A stretch of DNA of 64,000 nt from Nemertoderma westbladi (taxonomy: Eukaryota > Animalia > Xenacoelomorpha): the NCBI GenBank assembly GCA_032718475.1, contig JAUCBJ010008272.1:1-64000 (forward strand), in the 5' to 3' direction. The notes under the pieces were generated by a model. It saw only the letters and a program-made list of their open reading frames with translations, made no database searches and was not told where the DNA came from. This document shows positions 53,860 through 64,000 of the stretch, in pieces. Position numbers and translations under genes: made by a program. The first letter of the stretch is position 1, and every line of letters starts with the position of its first letter.

Positions 53860-54200
53860 TATGTTTCTCTGTTCGGACCGACTTGGCCAAGTGCTCATAC
53901 ACTCTCACCTTAAAGTGGCGTTTTGACTTGCCAATGTAGGTAGCGGAACAGCTACCGCACGTGAATTTATAAAGGGTGAGTGAGCGTAATGAGACTGGCA
54001 GTCGGTCTTTAAAAGAAAACATGTCAGACAACCTACAATCAGGCTTAAAAATGAATTTAAAATCGCACTGTGGAAAGGCACTTGTTAAAATTCTTAATCG
54101 CTTTTGAAGTAAAGTAGAAGTGGCTCCTAAGAAGGGTAGGACTACGTAACGTATACTGGTTTTTTACTTACTGTATGTACTACGGTCGGTTCGGGACCAA
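53860..54200 (-). mobile_element. Penelope-like element fragment (GIY-YIG endonuclease region)
   Basis: VVLPFLG...FSFKDRLPVSLRSLTLYKFTCGSCSATYIGKSKRHFKVRVYEH. Confidence 0.88.
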
Positions 54201-54306
54201 CAAGTTTATGTTTAACAATTAGTTTATCTGTCAGCTCTATATGTAGACGTAAAGTTTACGTTGGGGTTTTCACTTTCTATGTCTTGAATTAAGAAATGAG
54301 AAGTTG

Positions 54307-55059
54307 TTAAATGATTTGTAGATTATTGGTTGTGGTTTGTGTTTGGCTGGTTTTGATGCAATACATCGATATTCCCCGGCATATCAAAGAAACTCCGACA
54401 ATAAAACCTCCAATCCAAACGGCAGTAACACCACCGGAAGCAGACTTGACGTTTGCTATGGTAAATGCAGTGGCGACGAGTAGAAACAGAAATCCCACAG
54501 TAACGTAAATAGCGCCTCTGTTGCGCGCAAAGTCACCCACAGACGAGACGCGACCGCACTTGGGACACTTGGACAGACTGCTCTTCTTATAACACACAAA
54601 CGTGTCGCCGCAATGCCCACATATCGCGGTAACTCGGTTGGGACAGGCTTCCGTGCTTGAGATTGTTCCTCCAGCGAGCGTGATTATCCGCTTACATCGC
54701 GGGCGCGGACACGACACTTGGTTGCTCTGTAGCCTACAGATTAGCAGATTGTTGCACAGACACCGAATATACCTCCTACCACTAGGGGGCGCTTTCACCG
54801 CTGACGACTCACCACAATGACCGCATTTAACCACCGTATGTTTGGACTTCCCCTTCAGACTGACTGGAGACATGCATACATTGCACTCTATGTTGGGAGT
54901 GGCTGTCTGGTCCAGACTGTAGGCGGGGGGTTTGACTTCTTCGAAGGACAACGGTACGGAGGACTCGGGGGCTGTAGGTGTGGTAAAATCATCTTGGATA
55001 TTGGAGTAGTAGGATGGCAAGTCCGGTTCAACCAAACGGTCGCTGTCTTTAGTTGTCAT
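54307..55059 (-). CDS. TMEM55: TMEM55/PIP4P-family protein (phosphatidylinositol 4,5-bisphosphate 4-phosphatase-like), single coding exon, ~250 aa
   Basis: IECNVC...VVKCGHCGE...PPSGRRYIRCLCNNLLIC...CPRPRCKRII, further CxxC pairs, SSVG and two C-terminal TM helices; PPAY motif; first plausible ATG at 55059. Confidence 0.9.
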   Translation of the reverse strand: MTTKDSDRLVEPDLPSYYSNIQDDFTTPTAPESSVPLSFEEVKPPAYSLDQTATPNIECNVCMSPVSLKGKSKHTVVKCGHCGESSAVKAPPSGRRYIRCLCNNLLICRLQSNQVSCPRPRCKRIITLAGGTISSTEACPNRVTAICGHCGDTFVCYKKSSLSKCPKCGRVSSVGDFARNRGAIYVTVGFLFLLVATAFTIANVKSASGGVTAVWIGGFIVGVSLICRGISMYCIKTSQTQTTTNNLQII

Positions 55060-55069
55060 GACGATATAT

Positions 55070-55141
55070 GTAATAATAATAATAATAATGCATTTGTATA
55101 GCGCCAAATTTACAACAACAGAAGTACGCTAAGGCGCTTAC
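55070..55141 (-). mobile_element. L2-like LINE/SINE 3' tail
   Basis: Minus strand gtaagcgccttag...ggcgctatacaaatgcattattattattatt, matching the L2 stem-loop plus (ATT)n terminus pattern. Confidence 0.65.
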
Positions 55142-55319
55142 GTCACAAGCAATATAACATTAAAACTAGCAGTGCAAGTAGTACAGAAATTAAAAATTAT
55201 AGTCGTCACTAACGATAAAACGTGCAGATCAAAATGACTAAAGGTTATTACAATCGTTAAAAAGTGGAACATACAGTACAAATTGATATATACACTCTAC
55301 TACAGTATATACTATATAT

Positions 55320-57133
55320 ATGTACTATACTATACTATACTATACTATACTATACTATACTATACTATACTATACTATACTATACTATACTATACTATAC
55401 TATACTATACTATACTATACTATACTATACTATACTATACTATACTATACTATACTATACTATACTATACTATACTATACTATACTATACTATACTATAC
55501 TATACTATACTATACTATACTATACTATACTATACTATACTATACTATACTATACTATACTATACTATACTATACTATACTATACTATACTATACTATAC
55601 TATATACTATACTATACTATACTATACTATACTATACTATACTATACTATACTATACTATACTAACTATACTATACTATACTATACTATACTATACTATA
55701 CTATACTATACTATACTATACTATACTATACTATACTATACTATACTATACTATACTATACTATACTATACTATACTATACTATACTATACTATACTATA
55801 CTATACTATACTATACTATACTATACTATACTATACTATACTATACTATACTATACTATACTATACTATACTATACTATACTACTACTATACTATACTAT
55901 ACTATACTATACTATACTATACTATACTATACTATACTATACTATACTATACTATACTATACTATACTATACTATACTATACTATACTATACTATACTAT
56001 ACTATACTATACTATACTATACTATACTATACTATACTATACTATACTATACTATACTATACTATACTATACTATACTATACTATACTATACTATACTAT
56101 ACTATACTATACTATACTATACTATACTATACTATACTATACTATACTATACTATACTATACTATACTATACTATACTATACTATACTATACTATACTAT
56201 ACTATACTATACTATACTATACTATACTATACTATACTATACTATACTATACTATACTATACTATACTATACTATACTATACTATACTATACTATACTAT
56301 ACTATACTATACTATACTATACTATACTATACTATACTATACTATACTATACTATACTATACTATACTATACTATACTATACTATACTATACTATACTAT
56401 ACTATACTATACTATACTATACTATACTATACTATACTATACTATACTATACTATACTATACTATACTATACTATACTATACTATACTATACTATACTAT
56501 ACTATACTATACTATACTATACTATACTATACTATACTATACTATACTATACTATACTATACTATACTATACTATACTATACTATACTATACTATACTAT
56601 ACTATACTATACTATACTATACTATACTATACTATACTATACTATACTATACTATACTATACTATACTATACTATACTATACTATACTATACTATACTAT
56701 ACTATACTATACTATACTATACTATACTATACTATACTATACTATACTATACTATACTATACTATACTATACTATACTATACTATACTATACTATACTAT
56801 ACTATACTATACTATACTATACTATACTATACTATACTATACTATACTATACTATACTATACTATACTATACTATACTATACTATACTATACTATACTAT
56901 ACTATACTATACTATACTATACTATACTATACTATACTATACTATACTATACTATACTATACTATACTATACTATACTATACTATACTATACTATACTAT
57001 ACTATACTATACTATACTATACTATACTATACTATACTATACTATACTATACTATACTATACTATACTATACTATACTATACTATACTATACTATACTAT
57101 ACTATACTATACTATACTATACTATACTATACT
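55320..57133. repeat. (TATAC)n microsatellite, ~1.8 kb
   Basis: Near-perfect pentamer run with three small slips. Confidence 0.99.
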
Positions 57134-57983
57134 AGAAACTAATAATTAAAGTGGAAACGGACAAATTTGTTATGGAAAATTGGTTATTACTGTATATATT
57201 CTGGATAATAATTCATAAAGAGAATGTACTGTGGGGCGAGCCACGCAGTCAGGGCGAGCCTTAGCGCACAATTACAGTATAAATAGTCTGCCTGTCTGTC
57301 TGTCTGAATTTTGTATGGGCGTACTAGAGAAAAAGTTTCAATATTTTGAAAGTTATGGGCAAATATACCTCTTGAACCTTTATCTCCAGATCAAATCGAA
57401 CTTGTTTCGAACTTACTCAAGTTCGAGTGCTGCGCAACGCCCCACGAACGTGTATTTTATATTTACTTACGATAGCATATAGATGTAATTTTCTTATTGT
57501 CACCTTTCCACATCTCGTTTAGTGGTTCACTAAACGAAATAAACTTCATTTAAACAATAATTGTGATTTATAATTATAACTGCGCAATATATAGTTTATG
57601 TTTTACATATTTAAATAAGTAAGATAATAAGTAAGATAATAAGTAAGATACGTAGGGATCTATAGAACTGTAGATTCTAAAAAATACCCTAAATAACTCT
57701 ATTTAATAATGCACCGATAATAACACTATTATTTTTCTAATACTAACATTATTTTATGTGTACAAATTTAAGACAACTCTGTCCTTTCAAATAACAACAG
57801 GTCATGACTACAACTGAAAAGTACGAAAACGTAAAGTACAGTATATACAGTGTATATCTTTATCTCTCGGCGGGATATAAATATCGTACTACTACTGTAC
57901 AGTACATTAACATTACGGCTTACATGATTAGGCTACATTCGGTACGACTTGTGTTAATCCATTTAAATTGTTACACAATTAAC

Positions 57984-60655
57984 AATAAACGGAACAGATG
58001 AAGTGGTAGGCATTCACTAGCGGTAACATAGTGAATGGATGATAGAAATAAACGAACGGATGAAGTGGTAGGCATTCACCAGTGGTAACATAGTGAATGG
58101 ATGATAGAAATAAACGAACGGATGAAGTGGTAGGCATTCACCAGCGGTAACATAGTGAATGGATGATAGAAATAAACGAACGGATGAAGTGGTAGGCATT
58201 CACCAGCGGTAACATAGTGAATGGATGATAGAAATAAACGAACGGATGAAGTGGTAGGCATTCACCAGCGGTAACATAGTGTATGGATGATAGAAATAAA
58301 CGAACGGATGAAGTGGTAGGCATTCACCAGTGGTAACATAGTGTATAGATGATAGAAATAAACGAACGGATGAAGTGGTAGGCATTCACCAGTGGTAACA
58401 TAGTGTATGGATGATAGAAATAAACGAACGGATGAAGTGGTAGGCATTCACCAGTGGTAACATAGTGTATAGATGATAGAAATAAACGAACGGATGAAGT
58501 GGTAGGCATTCACCAGTGGTAACATAGTGTATAGATGATAGAAATAAACGAACGGATGAAGTGGTAGGCATTCACCAGTGGTAACATAGTGTATAGATGA
58601 TAGAAATAAACGAACGGATGAAGTGGTAGGCATTCACCAGCGGTAACATAGTGTATAGATGATAGAAATAAACGAACGGATGAAGTGGTAGGCATTCACC
58701 AGTGGTAACATAGTGTATAGATGATAGAAATAAACGAACGGATGAAGTGGTAGGCATTCACCAGTGGTAACATAGTGTATAGATGATAGAAATAAACGAA
58801 CGGATGAAGTGGTAGGCATTCACCAGTGGTAACATAGTGTATAGATGATAGAAATAAAAGAAAGGATGAAGTGGTAGACATTTACCAGCGGTAACATAGT
58901 GTATAGATGATAGAAATAAAAGAAAGGATGAAGTGGTAGACATTTACCAGTGGTAACATAGTGTATGGGTGATAGTAATAAACGAACGGATGAAGTGGTA
59001 GGCATTCACCAGTGGTAACATAGTGTATAGATGATAGTAATAAACGAACGGATGAAGTGGTAGGCATTCACCAGTGGTAACATAGTGTATAGATGATAGA
59101 AATAAACGAACGGATGAAGTGGTAGGCATTCACCAGTGGTAACATAGTGTATAGATGATAGAAATAAACGAACGGATGAAGTGGTAGGCATTCACCAGTG
59201 GTAACATAGTGTATAGATGATAGAAATAAACGAACGGATGAAGTGGTAGGCATTCACCAGTGGTAACATAGTGTATAGATGATAGAAATAAACGAACGGA
59301 TGAAGTGGTAGGCATTCACCAGTGGTAACATAGTGTATAGATGATAGAAATAAAAGAAAGGATGAAGTGGTAGACATTTACCAGCGGTAACATAGTGTAT
59401 AGATGATAGAAATAAAAGAAAGGATGAAGTGGTAGACATTTACCAGTGGTAACATAGTGTATGGGTGATAGTAATAAACGAACGGATGAAGTGGTAGGCA
59501 TTCACCAGCGGTAACATAGTGTATAGATGATAGAAATAAAAGAAAGGATGAAGTGGTAGGCATTTACCAGTGGTAACATAGTGTATGGATGATAGAAATA
59601 AAAGAAAGGATGAAGTGGTAGACATTTACCAGTGGTAACATAGTGTATGGGTGATAGTAATAAACGAACGGATGAAGTGGTAGGCATTCACCAGCGGTAA
59701 CATAGTGTATAGATGATAGAAATAAAAGAAAGGATGAAGTTGTAGGCATTTACCAGTGGTAACATAGTGTATGGGTGATAGTAATAAACGAACGGATGAA
59801 GTGGTAGGCATTCACCAGCGGTAACATAGTGTATAGATGATAGAAATAAAAGAAAGGATGAAGTGGTAGGCATTTACCAGTGGTAACATAGTGTATGGAT
59901 GATAGAAATAAACGAACGGATGAAGTGGCAGGCATTCACCAGCGGTAACATAGTGTATGGGTGATAGTAATAAACGAACGGATGAAGTGGTAGGCATTCA
60001 CCAACGGTAACATAGTGTATAGATGATAGAAATAAAAGAAAGGATGAAGTGGTAGGCATTTACCATTGGTAACATAGTGTATGGGTGATAGAAATAAACG
60101 AACGGATGAAGTGGTAGGCATTCACCAGTGGTAACATAGTGTACAGATGATAGAAATAAACGAACGGATGAAGTGGTAGGCATTCACCAGTGGTAACATA
60201 GTGTATGGATGATAGAAATAAACGAACGGATGAAGTGGTAGGCATTCACCAGTGGTAACATAGTGTATAGATGATATAAATAAACGAACGGATGAAGTGG
60301 TAGGCATTCACCAGCGGTAACATAGTGTATGGATGATAGAAATAAACGAACGGATGAAGTGGTAGGCATTCACCAGTGGTAACATAGTGTATAGATGATA
60401 GAAATAAACGAACGGATGAAGTGGTAGGCATTCACCAGTGGTAACATAGTGTATAGATGATATAAATAAACGAACGGATGAAGTGGTAGGCATTCACCAG
60501 TGGTAACATAGTGTATAGATGATAGAAATAAACGAACGGATGAAGTGGTAGGCATTCACCAGTGGTAACATAGTGAATGGATGATAGAAATAAACGAACG
60601 GATGAAGTGGTAGGCATTCACCAGTGGTAACATAGTGTATGGATGATAGAAATAA
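57984..60655. repeat. Satellite, 62-bp unit, ~43 copies
   Basis: Unit gatgaagtggtaggcattcaccagtggtaacatagtgtatagatgatagaaataaacgaacg; the ORF track repeats every 62 nt. Confidence 0.98.
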
Positions 60656-60714
60656 AATAGAGTAGGCCCTATTGAGGGTCTTTTGCTGGTTATAATAAAT
60701 TAATTAAAGATACA

Positions 60715-60760
60715 ATAAGTAAACGTTTTCGACCTACCGGTCTGCATCAGACTACTACAG
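60715..60760 (-). ncRNA. Degenerate minimal hammerhead-ribozyme-like motif (Penelope type)
   Basis: Minus strand CTGATGCA-GACC-ggta-GGTC-GAAA-ACGTTTA; the core deviates from CUGAUGA. Confidence 0.45.
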
Positions 60761-61019
60761 TACTATAGCAACTAACAGGAGAAGTAGAGGGTCTATATAG
60801 ATATATCATGTTTAAGGGGGGATACCTGATAAGTAAATCCAAGAAAAAGTAACGTGTTTATACATAGAAATGTATTGTACAGTAGGCCTATAATTATGTT
60901 AGGTAAATTCCACAGGGTTATAATATGTATATATCTAAAGTACAAATACAGTATAAGGTTGAATTGGCAATACCTGATAAGGTAAATCCCATTTAAGGTA
61001 ACGTGTTTATATAATGTAC

Positions 61020-62025
61020 TGTATGGTATAATTATGTTAGAGACGGCGCCAAGACGCCGTTAAGCAAGTCGTAAGTGTTCGCGCTTTTAGACCTTTAACA
61101 GTTTAACCTGCTAATTTAAGTGTCTCCTTAAATCGACTATTGCCCTTGCTAATTGACATCAGTTGAAACCAGTCTATGCGCGGCGTATGACCCACAGTGT
61201 GGGAGACTTGATTCGGTTCTAGAGAAAGTTATTGCAGTAGGCTACTTTGTATTATTCGATTGCTAATCACAACTAGAGTCGATAAGGTATCGCAAATAGC
61301 GCATTCTTTAGGAATGCTTTATTAACCTTCACACTACTTCACACTAATTCACACTAATGCACACTGATTTGCCGACTGTCACTGATTTTGATCATACATA
61401 AGGAGGATTGCAACTGATATACGTAGGGATTATGAAATAGCATCTATTTCACACAAAAACCACTATAAATTGAGTCGCAATTGCTACTGGTACACCCTTC
61501 TGCTTACCTCAGTAATTAAGAAAGTTGAGGGGTTTACGATTATTTATCAGTATTCTCCGAATATAACATCCATCAATATAAGCAGCAATTAACAACAATA
61601 TAAAACAGTATTAAAGCAGTGCGGTGAAAAGAGTCAGTAAGCAGTGTAGGTTTGTGCAGTGTTATGATGTGAAATAAGTTCATAGATTTGCGTTCTTATG
61701 ACTCTAGCCTCTGATGTTTAGGGCAAAGTCTGAAACGTCAGAACTTCCGAATGAATCCTGAATGAAGTGGGATTCTAGGAAAAACTGCCGCATTACGCCA
61801 TTCTCCGTAGGCCGCTATCAACAGGGCAGGGGAGATTGCTCTGATTGGCTGAAATATGTCAACAAGGGAACATTTCTCACACAAAGAAACAGCTGGTAGA
61901 TTTCGTCATTCCAACTCTCTGTCTTTCTTGACAGACACGTAGTTGCACAATTCTAAGCCCTTTTTAGAGTATTTAGCGCATTGCGTAAAATGACTAGTTA
62001 TGTCCGCAAAAGCTTTTACAGTAAG
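61020..62025. mobile_element. Interspersed ~1-kb non-coding repeat, copy 3, with a terminal GC hairpin
   Basis: Same ordered motifs as copies 1 and 2; hairpin acggcg-ccaaga-cgccgt at ~61043-61060. Confidence 0.75.
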
Positions 62026-62759
62026 TCATCGAATCTAATTTATTAAACAGTCATCTCATCATTAGCCGAGTTATACTTAATGGTCAGTCATTTGTTATTA
62101 ACTTGAAAGATTACCGCCTGACAATACTGTACATGTTAGCTGAATCCAGATGATTTACCCAGACTATACTAACGTACAGTATTAGGGCGAATAGGCCCTT
62201 CTTGATGTTAAGGTACATTGTCGCGCATCACGTGACATTAACTTAGTTAGTGTCAACTCGAAAGCAAAATGTAAGCACTAAGCAGATATCCCCTCTAATC
62301 GCTTTACCAACCTACTGTAGAGGTAGCCTGGGTAACTGCAGTCTATTTAAGACCTCACAAAAACTCAGTCTGAGGTCTAGAAAATACTGTATGTGCCCGG
62401 TATCAATCAGGAAGAAATAATTTTAAACAATAATACGAAATGCGCTGAGAGTTTTCATTTCAGACATTTCTAAAATGTTTTCATTTAAGCCCACTAGCGG
62501 TAGTCATAAGGAGTAGACAGACTCAGACACGTTGGGGCTATCTGATAACATACAGTATGTTCTCATACATTCCAATTGATTGTGAACCGAGACTGCTAAT
62601 TTGAAGCCCAAAGTTTACCTTGTTAAATATGAATATGAACTAGTTCGAAGTTATGCGGTATTAATATATAATTAAGTAAACTAATTACCAATTGAGGAAA
62701 AAGTCAATTAAGGTAAATGTTCGGGGTCTAACCTGGCAGAAACAATAAATGTTGATGTT

Positions 62760-62800
62760 AGTGAACGTTTTTGCCCTTACCGGGCTACTTCAGACTTTAT
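62760..62800 (-). ncRNA. Second degenerate hammerhead-like motif
   Basis: Minus strand CTGAAGTA-GCCC-ggtaa-GGGC-AAAA-ACGTTC; two core mismatches. Confidence 0.3.
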
Positions 62801-64000
62801 TAAGATAAAAGTTAAAATATTGTAATAATAATTGCATCCCGCCACCAATTCAAAAATCCCTCTCTATTATATTACGAGGGTTCTATGTGATAATGTCCTA
62901 TTAAAATGTTATTAAGGGGGGGGGGGGGGGGGGGGGGTCACATAATTTTGGTCCAAAATATGTCAAAATATTTCTATGATCTATTATAATGCATGATTAA
63001 ATGGTGTTTCCAAATCTGAAAACCGCTATTTAATAGCTCTTTTAGTTTTCTAGTTATAACAATTTCAATTTAGGGATTCCTATTGAAATTACTATTACTA
63101 TGTTTAAGGAAAGGTCGATTATCTCCAAATATTTTTTTTATGAGATTGTCAACTTCAAAACCCCACTACTTCTACAATTTTTGAGCAATTAATTAGTCTG
63201 AAACTTTCTGTGGGTGTCTACATATCCACCCTGCATAAAAGTATCAGACAACTTTTCGAAATTTTTTGTTAATAAATTTAATACTATTTATAACAAACCT
63301 AAAAACTAGCTTAAATTTGCAGCGCCACCTAGCGGTGCAGAATTATTATCACAAAATGTCGCCTGATACAGTAGTTATGTTGCCCCATCTTTGATCCATC
63401 ATATAAAAAAAACTTTCATGTGATTATATTCAAAACTGTAAAAGCCTTAGGGTTTTAAGCGCAACCAAGTTTTTTTATTCTTAACTAGTATTAACTAATA
63501 TTAAATAGCGGAAAAAATAATTTCTGACCTATCGTGTAGAATAGCATCGTAGGCACCTATATTCCAAATTATAGCCAAAACCAAACAATTTTGAAACGCT
63601 GAGAGTGATAAATCAAAGAGTTGTCCAAAAATGGTGTACCCCCACAAAACACAGGTTAGTAAAATACACATAGTTTATTTAAAGCTACCATTAGATATGA
63701 GTAAAATGTATTTTATTAAATTGGGTTGTTGTGACAAAAAGCGATAACGAAATCGTACTCTGGTTCATGTATACGTGTTTAGGGCAGGTACAGTATGATG
63801 TACAGTACACGAAGTGTTAAAAAAGGGGGTTTAAAATTGAAAAGATGATTGTTATGTTGTGTAACGAAGTGTTAAATAATGGTTTAGAAATGACCAAGAA
63901 GTTACCATCCTGGGACTGGGTTATTGTACGACTTTGTTATTGCCTTTTGTCATAACACATTAACCCCAATATTATTCCATTTTGTGTAGGCCTAATTAGC

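Noticed and set aside
55264-57149. YYTIL-repeat ORFs
   Set aside because: Translation of the (TATAC)n microsatellite.
57984-60655. CRISPR-like regular array or cluster of 61-aa peptide genes
   Set aside because: Units are contiguous with no unique spacers, there are no cas genes, the context is eukaryotic, and the ORFs are just the repeat period.

Overview
AT-rich eukaryotic DNA from an invertebrate animal, dense in satellites and transposon remnants. There are three host genes, all on the minus strand. (1) A three-exon two-pore-domain (K2P/TWiK-family) potassium channel, complement 11946-12390, 9461-9973, 2828-3003, about 377 aa, with introns filled by tandem repeats. (2) A three-exon UBE2D-type E2, complement 30300-30323, 28010-28289, 26203-26342, 147 aa. 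(3) An intronless TMEM55/PIP4P homolog at 54307-55059. A degenerating BEL/Pao retrotransposon gag-pol occupies 40356-48362. About 1.6 kb downstream on the same strand is an intronless reading frame of about 1390 codons (34540-38718), broken only by one in-frame TGA. It encodes a DEDD-type 3'-5' exonuclease-like domain plus Cys/His zinc knuckles and is the best candidate for an undescribed system. The second highlight is a 24-bp satellite of roughly 110 copies that is an amplified copy of the K2P exon-2 splice-donor junction and keeps the reading frame. The first ~440 bp contain a library-adapter fold-back artefact. Most long ORFs in the supplied track are translated satellites. I could not identify a matching LTR pair for the BEL/Pao element.
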